Translations under genes and position numbers: made by a program
Notes under the pieces: generated by a model
The model's database searches: none
Told to the model about the DNA's origin: nothing
The model's input: the letters and a program-made list of their open reading frames with translations, nothing else
NCBI GenBank assembly: GCA_051294905.1
Contig: CM119371.1
Span: 20,214,001-20,278,000 of the forward strand
DNA from: Botryllus schlosseri
Taxonomy: Eukaryota
Length of the DNA: 64,000 nucleotides
Direction of reading: 5' to 3'
Shown here: positions 50,167-63,300 of the stretch, one piece after another
Layout: the number at the start of each line of letters is the position of its first letter
How positions within the stretch are numbered: the stretch's first letter is position 1

Positions 50167-52524
50167 GATACCGATTTCTATCCATGTCGAAATGTGATCT
50201 AAATCTGGCGAAAAACATAACAGAGGCTATACAAGGTATTATTCACTAGTCATAACGACTCGCCACCGCTGCCTAAATGTTGAACTGTCCAACTAATTCC
50301 GACGCAACTTCAAGAAATACACGAAGAATTGCCTTGAACGCCATTGAAACAAGCACTGAGCTATCCTGTTTTGGGTGCATCCATCTGACCGTGACCATTC
50401 TGCCGGCTAACAATGGGAGAACAATCGAGTCGTCACTCCAGTCATACTCTATAGTTGCACCATTGACATCGGCTTGATTTGGATCGTACATTGAAGAAGC
50501 GCCGCTGGGTTGCAATTCGTGAACAAATACTGATATTACCAGCTAGTTTTCAGCTATAAGGTATTATTCAAAGGTATGCAATGTCAGTAATACTTTTCTC
50601 AACTTCAATCATCTATAAAATACCGAGTTGTCTTATTTTATGGTAGACTGCAATTTAGTTGCAGAAGAATGTCTGAAACAAAGCGGATATGGGTTTTGCG
50701 GACCAACCATGGACAAGATTCAGGCCTGCGCACTATTTGGTCTGATATTGTGGTCACTATTCGGTCGGATATTTATCTGAGTGTATTAGTCACTCCAAGC
50801 TACGGACTCTAGATGCGGTTCTACTACATGCGGCATATCTGAAAGAAAATTGCCCCGAAACTACCACAACGCAGGACTATGTCCTAACTGTTAACGAGGC
50901 TGCCAACGTATGGAATATGACAAGAATATCTATATAGGGCAAGCGCTGAACATTTTCTTGATGCATTGTTTCAGGCATTCTTCTTCAACTAAATTGCAGT
51001 CTATCATAAAATAAGATAACTCGGTATTTTACAGATGATTTGAAGTTTAGAAAAGTATTTCTAACATTACATTCCTTTGAATAATACCTTATGGCTAAAA
51101 ACTAGCTGGGAATACCAGTATTTGGTCACGAATTGCAACCCAACGGCGCTTCTTCAATGTACGATCCGAAACAAAGCCGATGTCAATGGTACAACCAATA
51201 CATGATTCGCATCAGCATGACAGACGGGTTTTGCTGAGCAAAACGGAGATGTATGTGGCCTTTACAGGACTGCATTTCAATGAAATTTTAAAAACATATC
51301 TATTTTATTGCAATATCTCGTCTCTGCATGGCCGTTTACGAATGATAACGACACAAAAGCTATAAACCGGTGACCTGGTCAACACTACAGATCAAGCAGT
51401 AAGGAGAATTGCCCCGTGTATCTTTGGGGGCCTTTCGGGGATAGAAGATCACGAGGAAGATGACCAAAATTGCTCATAAAAGTGTTTTTTTGTACTAAAC
51501 CATCATTTGGGTCACAAGCATCGTAGTTTACTGACAATTTTCCAAATCTGAACAACCTCTAAGGCTCATATTTCACAGACCAGATACGTTTCGGTTACTC
51601 GACAGTATAGTGATACCACTATCGACGATTACGGATAACTTCCATTGTTCTTACGGGAAAATTTTTTATCACTGCCAATCTCTTTGCTGCTGCAAATTTC
51701 TGGATTGCAGGTATACCGAAAGGTTATAAGATTGTGGTATGTTCAGTGGCCAAATTTATGACCGGCGCCGAAATGCAAGTGTCTGAGAGCCCCGCACCAG
51801 CCTGACTAAATACTAAAGCACCCCTACGGCTTCAACGAATGATAGCGAAAAAGACTAGTGGGCTTTCTGTAACATATGTTGTATTTTTTATCATTATCCT
51901 GTTATCCTTCCGTCGGATGGGATGGTACCCAAATTGAGAGCAATGAACCCTTTCAAGTGAAATCACGCGAGGATGATTTCTGAACTGAAGAAACCTGGCC
52001 AATAATATTCTACTTTCTGTTGATTTGCAAAATAATTCTGCTGCATATAGGCTATAATTTTACACTACATCTCTTACGCCGTATTTTGGTAGGCCTACTT
52101 CGTATTTCTCAGGGTTCGATGAACCGCTGGTTAAAACCGCAGCGGAAATAGTTCCGTTCATTACCTGGGCGATTGATTTCTGTAGGCAGGGAATTGGTAG
52201 GTTACTGTACGTAATTCGCGCCACCCGTATTGATATGGTACGGCGAAAGTTGTACCATTATTTCGTACATTTCGTGAACATAAATTACCGAGAGATAGTT
52301 GCGTTCCTACAACAGTACGCCTAGTATATACTATCGACATACATTCGGTAAATATGATTACACCGATGGTATTCATTCAATATAGCACTGCCACAAAATG
52401 TTGTTGATCCATCGAATTAGGTTAGATACTTGCTTTATGCTGGATGCCAGGGATGAACTGTAGCTTATTTATCAGAATTGGGCAATGAGGGCCACTTATT
52501 CCAATATTCATTTCTATTATTTAC

Positions 52525-52800
52525 GGGGGAGGTAGCGTAGTGGCAACGATAATCGTCCACCAATCTGACGGATCCGGTTCGATTTCCGTCGGAGGTTTAT
52601 CTGGGTTCCTCTTTCCCCGCCGTTGCCGTTGTTACGGCGCGAAAAAGCCCAGAAAAAGACCCGACGAAAGAAAGCACTCACAAGCAATGGAAAGAACTAG
52701 TAGAAAGGGCCACGGCTTCAAAGAAGATCAACATCAAAAAGAACTGTGACATCGGGCACTCTATAGGCCGAGATTGATGTTAGAGTAAAGGATCGCTACT
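52525..52800 (+). mobile_element. tRNA-derived SINE-like sequence
   Basis: GGTAGCGTAGTGG (A box) and CCGGTTCGATTTCC (B box), followed by a non-tRNA body. The 3' boundary is approximate. Confidence 0.55.
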
Positions 52801-53438
52801 GATGGGTGTCGTTCGACATCGCATTGTGTCTAATCGCATTGTACATTGTGTGTGACTTGTTCGGATGAAAAATATAACCCAACGATATTATTATTATTAT
52901 TAAGTAGCATATCTGTATTTCGTAATCTTCTTCGTCGCTGTACGGTATTGCTTGTTGACAGCCTTCATTTCGGTAGCTTACATGGCCTATTGTTGATAAG
53001 CTGTTATTTTCGAACTGCATTGATAAGTCATTGTCGCAATGGAATGCCTAACCTAGCTTTCTCATCTTTAATATATTATCCCTGGCCGTAATAGCTTGGA
53101 TATTACCGTGTTATGTAGACCTATATACGAGCTGGCTTCTTCGGAAATTGGTTATAATTGATCAAACTCGCATTGCTAGACGTAGGCCTACTTATGATAT
53201 CAAATCTGTGTCACCGTGTGGCTCAATACAAAGTTTACCAATTAATGTTGCGCCCTCTAGTTCATTCACGATTCCACATCAACATACTAGTGACGACACA
53301 AATAACATATATAATATACAACTGATGGAGAACATATAAGCTACAATTTGAATTTCTAAACTTATAGATACCCGGATGACGCATTGCCAAAATAATTTTT
53401 TAATAATTTCATCATGTTAGGAGTACATTGCTTTAGTG

Positions 53439-53608
53439 CAGTGGTTCCCAACGTGGGCGATATCGCCCCCCAGGGGGCGATTTGGCGATCTAGGGGGGCG
53501 AAAATGACGAAGGGGGCGATAGGGGGGCGAAAATGGACAAAGGGGGCGACGGGGGGCGAAAATAGCGAAGGGGGCGATAGGGGGGCGATGACGCGTCAAA
53601 ACGGCTGA

Positions 53609-53646
<38 letters not shown>

Positions 53647-53766
53647 TCAACTCGCCGGTGATTACAGTCTGTATGCCCAATTATCGGTGCACAAAATTTT
53701 GGGGGGCGATGATTGGTGTTGACCTTGAAAAGGGGGCGATGGGTCGAAAAAGGTTGGGAACCACTG
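53439..53766. mobile_element. hAT-type MITE (family of 11578-11874) with an expanded GGGGCGA array and poly-T
   Basis: TIR CAGTGGTTCCCAAC / GTTGGGAACCACTG. Ends are near-identical to those of 11578-11874. Confidence 0.9.
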
Positions 53767-53895
53767 TTCTATAATCTGAACAAAGATTATGCAGTCATCA
53801 TCACAGTTAGAATTTGGAAACTGTGAGACGCTATAGTATGACATACTGCGACTTTCCATATTCTTGTCAATTTCTCGAATAATGATGGCCTAGGA

Positions 53896-54720
53896 TAGCG
53901 GTGTCGAACATCATAAGGCCCGCTGGCCGGCCTGCGAAGCAATTCTGAGTAGTTTGAAAAAACCCTGTATTACCCAGCACATTTTCTAACAAATGTTGAG
54001 ATATTATTGTAAGAAATACTTCCCGCACGGCCACAAATGTCAAGATCATAGGCCATAATATAATTATCCAACAGTGGTGTTATGGTTTTACTCTAGTCAT
54101 CATCAGGAACAAGTTGGTGATACTGAAATCCAATTCCCAAAACTCCCAAAAGTGCACACTGAGTTCATATTTTTATGAAAAAATGAGCCAAAAAGTAGTT
54201 ATTTGTGAAGTGAAAAAGAAACTGTTATACGCAGGTCGCACTGCTGTATCACATCTACTCAAAGGCCCAAACAGACAGAGAAACCCGAATGACGAATAAT
54301 AATGAGCCAAATTCTAACGTCTGCGTTTACAATTAAATCACTTGTGTTCCTCAAAGCGCATACGATGAGTTAACGGCAGATTACGAATAAAACAAAGGGA
54401 GCATACAAATATGTCAGCTTATTCCGTCGTTAGAGTCAGTGTTTTAGCGCTTGAATTCAAACGATCAATCTTTGAATTTTTGCCAAAATTCAGTTGTTTG
54501 CGAGTAAAGGTGCTGCTAGAATATATCCATATGATATGATGTTGAATGTTATGTAATATACCAAAATGTATACAGGATTGATAATAAACTATTCAAGCGA
54601 AAAGTAAGGGCGGGCGTTTTGATGTACCGTAACATTTTGAAATGATTTGACTGATCCGGCCTGCGAGCGGTTTGAAAGTTTGACTCCGGCCAGCGACGCA
54701 AGTTGACTTTGATACCCCTG
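53896..54720. mobile_element. hAT-type MITE
   Basis: Degenerate TIRs. TSD GCCTAGGA at 53888-53895 and 54721-54728. Related to 58882-59753. Confidence 0.82.
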
Positions 54721-55789
54721 GCCTAGGACTTCGTACCTGAATCATCTTTTCCAGCGTGATTGCTAACTTTTCTGGCAATATTCCTTTGCATCGCACGTCC
54801 AATGCATTTCGCACGGCACCGTGCTAGAAGCGAGAGGCGAAATGATCCCTTTCGATCACATAAGCATTCGACGTCATGACTCATGATTCATAATACCATA
54901 ACGCTTCCATTTTCGTTTAGTTCAATGTCAGAAAATGTAATACATTCTTATAAGCCATAGCTTCTGTTCACCATTAAACTGTAACAAAAATACACAGGTC
55001 TTCAGAAACAGCTCGGATACTGCTATAACTACAATATCTGCAATCAACAACTGCAATATTCTAAAGCTAAAGTTAAGCTGTGGCTTCGAAACCCTAAATA
55101 TCTTACAGCAACGCATCTTGTTATTATCCAATACGAAAACATCGCGTCGATGTAATATGTATCTCGGAACATTCAGCCGCGCGTGCTCAGGCTCAGTCGC
55201 TCAGATATGTCTGACGTCTGACGCCGCTATGTCTCGAATATGTATGACGTCACAAGGTACTGTTCGCTCGAGCAGCTACGAATTCATGATCAAACAATTC
55301 ATAAGGCCATTCGCAGGAAAAAGGTAAAGGGCGTTTACTACTCTCGTCGCAATGGCAAAGGAGCATGGCGACTATACAGTATACACCAGCTCCTGTGTTT
55401 CGAAATATAGTTTGCATCATACATGCCTCAAGGAGTCTACAATGGTGGCAGAACTGGTCCAACAGATAATTACACAAAAGATCATACCTGCAGCAAAACT
55501 ACATAACATACCAAATTCGCTTGGCATGCTACTATTGCTAGACCTTGATATCTCAAAGCATACTATTTATAAAGCGATATAAACGATGGTATCTGCAATG
55601 CCCAAATGTTCGGATACCATTCACCGATTAGCATTCAGCACGGCCATCGATGTCGTAATTTGCTTGATGATTTAAACTTGATGTAATGACGAAAATCACA
55701 TATATATGTCCATTGTCCAATTGTCCATAAGACCGTAAGCGCGTGTAAAATGATCGAATTGTAAGTGCAATAGCAATGTTGCAACTAAT

Positions 55790-56069
55790 GATTATACAGT
55801 AAATCGCTTTTACGAATGCAAAAGTAAATCCAGAATACTGATTATCCAGTAAATTGCTTTTACAAATCCAAAAGTAACTATGAAATACTGGTTATCCCGT
55901 AAATTGCTTCTACGAATTTAATCGGTAATTTTTTTACCCTCTGAAAACAAGTAAATTTACTTTCGGCGTGCCCGTATATTAATTTAACGGGCATTTACCG
56001 TTAATATAACTGACGGGACAAATTTACCGGTATAATTTGGGTAAATCTACGAATATTTCTAAGAGTGTA
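55790..56069. mobile_element. Right-end fragment of a MITE with GTAAAT/TTTAC repeats
   Basis: Three ~50-bp degenerate units, ending TTTCTAAGAGTGTA. Confidence 0.45.
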
Positions 56070-58051
56070 GTTATTTATATCACCTGATCTTGGAAAACGT
56101 TACCATCTAGGTGTCAAGCCGGAAATCCATATTCAGCGGCGTTGGTAAAACTGCCGACGATGTTACAGATGCACCGTTCGAAATGGCTTGGTGTATCGCG
56201 AAACCCAAGAAATATGCAAGAGAAGGGGTCATTTCAATGAAACTTGAACATGCTGTGCGACCATTCAGTATTTCCAAATATTAACAGCAAGGACTACATC
56301 ACCTGACAAATTACGAAGTCACGGTTATCTGATTCAACCGTGACCAGAAGAGTAACAGCAATGTCAGTCGCTCTTTTACCGCATGTTCTGAAATACTTTG
56401 CCGCGTATAGACTCACTTTAGCCACCTAGCATTGGACAAATCCACCGAATCCACAGACATTGCATACCTAATTATCTGGGTGCATTTTATCACAGTTGAT
56501 ATATTTGCAGAGGAAATATTCTCAGGGCAAACGTGGGGAGGGGACCAGCGTAAATCATCAATTTGGCCCAGCTGACTTCTGTAACTATAGGTGCACGGCT
56601 ACATCCAGGGAAGGAAAGGAGAAGAGTTGATTGGTTTGCTAAGAAATGACCCCTTCTCATACCAATGAGAGCTCAGAGTGATAATGGCATCTGTCACGAA
56701 AAAGTCACCGTAATTTTAAACTTTCTCGCTCACGCATTAAGACATAGAGTTAGGTTATATTGTGGACGGGTTAGTTTAAAGGTGCATATACCGAATTGGC
56801 AACGAATGCATTGCACGCTCCATTACGTGTGCCGCTGGGATAATTATATTTACCCCCGAAAAACAGCAGCCGCAAATATGCGAACACTGTCCATTATTGC
56901 CTTACAATGCATAACAATGTACTAAATGCCCGTATACGACTCATAAATAGGTGCAGTTGCCTAAATTTAATAATAGCCCACAAATACATGGTAATAATGT
57001 TCTGCGGCCCGCAGCGTTTTTTGCTGTTAAATGCGGCCCATTATACAAGGGAAGTTGAGAACCCCTGATCTACAGCTAAGTGTTACAACTGTTCAATCGA
57101 CGACGATTTCGACGGTTTCATTCATCGAATATCTGATACGACGACTTATCAGTTGCAAATCGTCCCTATATCCACACTAAAGGATTTTTAGAAAGTAAAT
57201 ACCCAATTATGGCATAATTATACAACTTTTGAAAAAAACTCTATTTTGGTATTTTATAAAATGGCATTTGTCCACGCCACTATATAAAACATATTTTAAA
57301 CAAAGTGTTTTAAAACCCTATTTGTTTTAATTGCAACCTTAGATGGGTGGTTGATTGAAAAACCATTCAAAGTCGTCTCGTCTCCTTTTTATACTACCAT
57401 TGTATTACAATCTGGTGGTGTTTTGAACTCTTGAAAATTGCAATAAATTATTATTATGATCGGGCTTAAATCTAACTCAACTCCATTAATCTAATTCCCG
57501 ACGCTTGGTATTGTTCACGAAATGTTTCGATAAAGATCACTGCTCTTTATCGTAATAAAAGCTCGAGCTCATATTATTTGATGGTGGCGATGTGCCCTCC
57601 TCCAAACAGATATTATAACGCTTGAACTTCCAACTTACCAGTCACCATATCTATCTCACAAAAACGGTATAATCGACCGACCGTTGGGCGTGCTAAGCTG
57701 ATATGTAGTGTGTAGGATGAAATATGACTAACTATATTATAAGTATCAAAGCGACCTTTCAAGATACAATAACAACATCAGAACTATATCCCGGAATAAT
57801 AGAAAAGAAAACCATGTACAGCACCAGGTCATGCACGCGCGAGTGACTGTGAATTGAACGGGCGTTCATCAATAGCATCAAGATAGCAATGCCCATCATC
57901 GACTTATTTCAGAGGTGTGGAACATTAGGCGTATACACAATAGACATACCCGGATCAGCGACGTCCACTTTGGGATGCAAAACGACTGATTACTTGGGAA
58001 CGTTGCAGAATGAAGAAGGGTGTTCGGACTCGATTACTACTCATGTTAAAC

Positions 58052-58771
58052 CAGAGGTGGCCAACCTTTCCGGCCAAAGGGCCACATGAAACTGACGAAC
58101 TACTGCGCGGGCCATTAGCCGCAAGAGACGCGAAAATTATCAAAATTTATAGATAAATAAACTTGTAACTTGAGTATATTGTTGGTCTGTTGCATATCGC
58201 TGGGCTCAGTTTGCAAGGACTATTCGGCGCCTGGACATATCGATATGGAAAGCTTCGGCCAACATGCGTCAATCATTTTGTGCTTAACTAGTTTCGTCGT
58301 CGACGGTCTTTTTGCAAACGCAAGGTCGCATGTTGGACGACACTTTCTCTTGTAATTGCGAATATGGTTAGACTGACTCAATCTGGTACATTAGGCGTTT
58401 TCTTCATTTTCGGGAGGGGGTATAGCAATATTAAAAGCAAGAAATTGAGTGAAAACATATTGCGCGAAGCGTGATGAAAATTTAGATGAATCTACCGCAA
58501 AATATTATACTTCATTGTACAAAGACCTACCTGAAATGTGACTGGCCCATGGATCTGCCAATGCGCCAGAACTGATATTTTAGTCATCAACATCCTAAGG
58601 GGTGCGGCCAGACTAATCATATTTTTGGTTGGCCCTGCAAGTTCACAATCTGGACAATATATATATAATAATACAATAATATATAATTAAATTCGGAAAT
58701 TACCTTATGGGCCACTCAAAACCTTCTCGCGGGCCAAATGCGGCCGGCGGGCCATGAGTCGGCCGCCCTTG
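58052..58771. mobile_element. hAT-type MITE
   Basis: Starts CAGAGGTGGCCAACC. TSD TGTTAAAC (58044-58051) / TGGTAAAC (58772-58779). Confidence 0.82.
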
Positions 58772-58881
58772 TGGTAAACCATTCAGTCGAAGTTAGCTAC
58801 ATAATAGTTAATTATGAAGTAGTAATTCGGTACCGCGATCGATAAATTTTAAGAAACATAAATATTTGGGATGGTGTGGAC

Positions 58882-59753
58882 CAGGGGTGACAAACATACG
58901 GCCCGTCAGACGGTTTTGTCCGACCACGACGCGATTTTGGAAAATGGCACATTTTCAGCACATTGCTATCAAATGTTGAGATTTGAGACTGTCAATAAAT
59001 AATCCCTCAAGACAGCAAATGTCGAGTATGCTCATAGGTCACATTATAATCATCCGACAGTGGCGATGTGGTTACACTGTCGTCACCATCAGCAATAAGT
59101 CGTTGCCATTGACACCCAATTCCGAGAAGGTAAAAAGCGTGTAGTAAGTTCACAGTTTGTGGAAAAATGGACCAATACATAGGTATTTGCCGAAGTGAAA
59201 ACGTCATTTAGAGACCGGTATATGCAGGTTGCATGAAGAATATAATTATAAAGCAAAACTATAATTTAAATATGCGTGGTCGCAATCCTGTTTCGCTTAT
59301 GACTCACCGGTTCTTCGGCCTCCAGAGGAACCCATATCGCGATATAATAATAATTTGTTTACGGTTAAATCATTTGTGATTCCTCACAATGCATATACAG
59401 GACCATATTGCCAGATCATGACTAAATCAATCAAAGATATTATAACAATATGCCAGAGTACATCGTCGTAACGCTGCTGTTTTAGAAGTTTAGATAGCTA
59501 TACAACAAGCCAATCATCGAAAATCTGGCAATTCAATTGTTAGCTCATAAAGGTGTTGATGGAATAGAACCATGTTGTTAGTGATATACCGTAATATATT
59601 TTTATGTACATAGGCTTGATAATTGAGTATTTACGTGAAATACAAGGGCATTGATTTTTGGGTAACATTTTGGAGCCATTTGACTGGTCCGGCCCGCGAG
59701 CGCTCTGAAGGTTTCAATCCGGCCCGCGACACAAGTTGGGTTTGACACCACTG
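58882..59753. mobile_element. hAT-type MITE
   Basis: Ends CAGGGGTGACAAAC / GTTTGACACCACTG. TSD GTGTGGAC at 58874-58881 and 59754-59761. Confidence 0.88.
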
Positions 59754-59899
59754 GTGTGGACATTTTGAAGTTCGCTTTCAGAATCAATCCTTAGTAGGTT
59801 TTACCTGGTGAAATAACGTTCAAACCATTCCTGCTAAGGTCGCCATTCTACACTCCTGATCCGTGATGATAATCTAAAGATAAATTAATTATATGCGCC

Positions 59900-60690
59900 T
59901 TGGCGCTAATAAAAATAATGTAGATGAAAAGTGGTCGAAAAGTTCATATTAAACTCCAACTGTTTCTTAGTCGTGGAAGGGTGTCGATGTTGACCTCTCT
60001 AGATTTGGTTTGGTCTTAGTGTCATGGTACAAAAGACTTCAGTTGCAACAAGAAACGCTACGTGACATTATTATCATATTCTTTATCAACAGTAAAATTG
60101 GTAAATGCAAACATTGTTTTTTCTATACAAAAATGAAAAGATCAGATTACAGAATTGCAGTAGATGAAGAATTGACTTGGTCGTTTTCTGTCACTGCTGC
60201 CGGAATGTCGCCGTACCAATTTTTAGTCGAAGTGTTGATGTTAATGTGTTTGCATAATTCAAGATGAATGAACTGATCTATCTTGTTGTAAATCCATGTG
60301 TATTCGTTAGCTGCAAGTGTGCCACATCACGACATGAGATGTGCTACAGTTTCATTTTAGTTGTGGCACATTCTGCATTTGCCATTGTGTTCTTCTTCAG
60401 AATTCGTTTGCGATAGTACTTTGTAGGAAGCGATTTGTCTGTGCTGCGACAATCAATCCTTCGCTTGTCGGTTTCAGGCCGCAGCTGGATAGCCACGTGC
60501 ACGAGAGCTCGTCTACATGGGGATGTGAACTTAACTTCTTGTGCAGTTGATGAAGAGGCATCGACTCCCATATCGCTTCTCTCATTTTGAGTGCAGCATT
60601 GTTGTATTGAACTCGTGCTGCTTTTGCTATTGCTTTGGGGTTGGCGATGGTCTTTTCTGCAGTGTGCAAGTTAGTTTCCATGTTGACGTC
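59900..60690 (-). mobile_element. Decayed 3' fragment of an RLE-type (R4/Dong/NeSL-like) non-LTR retrotransposon
   Basis: Reads WESMPLH…VDELSCTWLSSCGLKPTSEGLIVAAQ, DKSLPTKYYRKRILK, a degenerate CCHC region followed by CGTLAANEY…NKIDQFIH, and WYGDIPAAVTEND. Boundaries are approximate. Confidence 0.75.
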
Positions 60691-62716
60691 TCTCGCTCGG
60701 CGCCCAAAATACTGTTTTTCCGTCACTTCATCAGGTGGTTGACTAAAAAAAAGGTCTGTGCAAACTCACCAACTCACTGAGCGATCTCATGGACAAGAGT
60801 GTGTAACATAGCGTTACCACGGCTGGACTCCCGATTTACCCGCATTTTCTCGGTACTGTAGGTTGTTGACTGAAAAAAGGTATATCCACTTCGGCTCGAC
60901 ATACGAATTACTCACTTTTTATGATAAAATTTGGTGTTGACTAAAAAAACGTCATCACTTTGACTCGACTCTCGATTTACCAGCATTTTACGAAGCACTG
61001 ACTTGGATATTCATGATTGAGATTTAATATTCAGCGGAGGTAAGTTTTTTTACAAGTGAATAAAACACATAAAAATATTACACTGGCCAACACATTTTTT
61101 AGGCAGACAAAGTAAGAGTGGCTTTGAAATTTAAATTTTTCAAATTGGCTCTTGTGGAGATAACCCATGGTGCTATTATGACCAAAATCTTTCATTTTCG
61201 CGGTATTAACTCAGTCGTACTATGAAGCTTAGAAAATCAATCTACTTAATATTTTTACACACAAACGACTCTTTTAAATCAAAATAAAGCAACTTGACTA
61301 TGTTTAGGGGTAATAGATTTATCATAGTTACAGATATTCACGGATATCATGTACATAAATAAACTCCAGTAATGTACATTAGTATTTACCTCGATACTCA
61401 AATAACGGGGCAATAATTCTATCAGTTTTACGTCAACCAGTTATTGTAAAGTTGAAATAATCAATTGGAATATAATATTATCGATATATTTTAAATCACA
61501 ATTGTTTTTTTAAGATTCCCGCCTGTAAGTTATTTAGTGGAGTTTCTTAAAAGTTTCCGGCAATGGTCTGACATAATTTGTTCAATTGTTTATTGCATCT
61601 GCCATGATATCTTTCTTTTGTTGTTCGGATGTCTTGGTAGAACCTCTCCTCTTGCTAATCAACAAGATGACCAGGAAATATACCACGATTTCTTAACAGG
61701 AAGTGAACTTTTATGCTAATGTTTGTGCTCGAGTGTTCGATATGCAGATACGAATTTTCGGACCAACTGTTTGTGGTTAGGTGCTTTAAGATCATATAAA
61801 AAGTTTTATTTATTACATCTTAGGAGAAATTACATGCAATGAACTCCTTCCTAATGTGAAATTGGAATCTTTCATCGGTATTCGGATATACCAGATACCA
61901 GATGCTTCTCGTTTGATAGGGTTACTAGGTATACCCACTCTGTTGACTTAGCGAAAAAATATCCATTCATCAGTCAAAAGAACAAGATGAGCATGAGTGT
62001 TTCTAGTTAAGCATTTCAAGGAAAAATGTTATAGTCTTATACTCACCATTAATCTTGGTAGAATGACCAATTGATACAGGAGAATATGTATTTCCGTTGT
62101 GCAAAAGTACAATTTGTAGGCTTGAAAAACTTTTTTTGACAAACAAATATTTCGCATCATGTCATGTTAATATTGATAGTACGACTGAGAATGACATGAG
62201 GGTTCTTCATAGCCAATTAGTTATTTATGCGTGGTATAAAATTGGAAAAAACTACGATTTTCGTACTAACAAGTGAAATATTTAGGGGCAAATAGAGTAA
62301 TTTTAAGCTTTCTTAGGAGTATAAATATCTTCTGACAAAGAGTCAATCTGACAAAACTAATGTGATAAGCGACTCTCAGATGTTTTGCTTGAAAATTAAA
62401 TTTTCATTTTATTGACTAGTGTTGTCATAGGCCTAAATATTGCAGGAAAATGCCGAGTATTCTCGTAGTCTTATTGGTTTGAAAGCATTGGAACCACACG
62501 GTATAAATACTCCGTAGAAAGGCATCAATAAAGATTTCAAGGTTGGGCCATTATGAGGTTACGCTTGACTTTTTTCGTTTCTCCCGTTCGTATGTCTATA
62601 TTCGGAAATGTATGACGCAACACGACGTTAATCCGAACTTTTATTGACGAATGCTTCATGCAGTGACGCTATCTTCCGTGAAAATGTTTAGTAGCAGGAT
62701 GTTCCAGTCTGCTTCG

Positions 62717-63300
62717 CAGGGTTGTAACCAAGTCACAAGGCTCCGAGTCACAAGTCAATGTCACTTTTATAGTTTTGACTCGAGTCAAGTCGAGTCATTT
62801 CAATTCACCACCGAGTCAAGTCCGAGTTCAAGTCAGCGAGCAGAGGGTCGAATCCGAGTCATGGAATTATGACTCGAGTCCGAGTCCAAGTCATTGTGTT
62901 GACTGCTCAGTTTCCAGTTAAAGTCTTTTGAAACCTACTTTTATAACTCTGTTTGGTGATATCGAATGTTTCGCATTTATAATATACTAATTTTCCTCAC
63001 TTTTAGCAGTTTCTGGTCGCATTTTCAAGTACCAGTTCAAACAGACGAAATCTCAATAGTGTGTTGGCTTCGAAATTACAATGAAATGTCGGTCTTGGCC
63101 GTCTGAGTCTCGAGTCAATGACTTGGTTCGAGTCATGCGCAAAGACTCGAGTCCAAGTCGAGTCAATACACAGATTGACTCGAGTCGAGTCGAGTCATTT
63201 CCATATTTTGAAAAAATGACTCGAGTCAAGTCGAGTCATCAGAAAATCGTGACTCGAGTCGGACTCGAGTCGAGTCATGACTCGAGTCATTACAACCCTG
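62717..63300. mobile_element. hAT-type MITE with (GAGTC/GACTCGAGTC)n arrays
   Basis: TIR CAGGGTTGTAA / TTACAACCCTG. TSD CTGCTTCG at 62709-62716 and 63301-63308. Confidence 0.92.

Larger units (their letters stand above)
46987..50454. mobile_element. Unclassified DNA transposon with ~230-bp near-perfect TIRs and a 5-bp TSD
   Basis: TIRs CTATAGAGTATGACTGGAGTGACG… (46987-~47215) and …CGTCACTCCAGTCATACTCTATAG (~50222-50454). TTGCA at 46982-46986 and 50455-50459. The empty site is visible in the opposite fold-back arm (51181-51202). Confidence 0.92.
46676..51501. mobile_element. Fold-back element with ~530-bp diverged inverted arms, split by insertion 46987-50454
   Basis: 46676-46986 plus 50460-50680 is the diverged reverse complement of ~50965-51501. 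Core of ~280 bp. Confidence 0.85.

Noticed and set aside
46811..51365. Similar short ORFs at 46811-47164, 50277-50477, 50273-50515 and 51180-51365 as a gene family
   Set aside because: They are translations of TIR and fold-back arm sequence and cross element junctions.
53417..53680. Poly-lysine/proline ORF
   Set aside because: Product of a poly-T tract and GGGGCGA array in a MITE.
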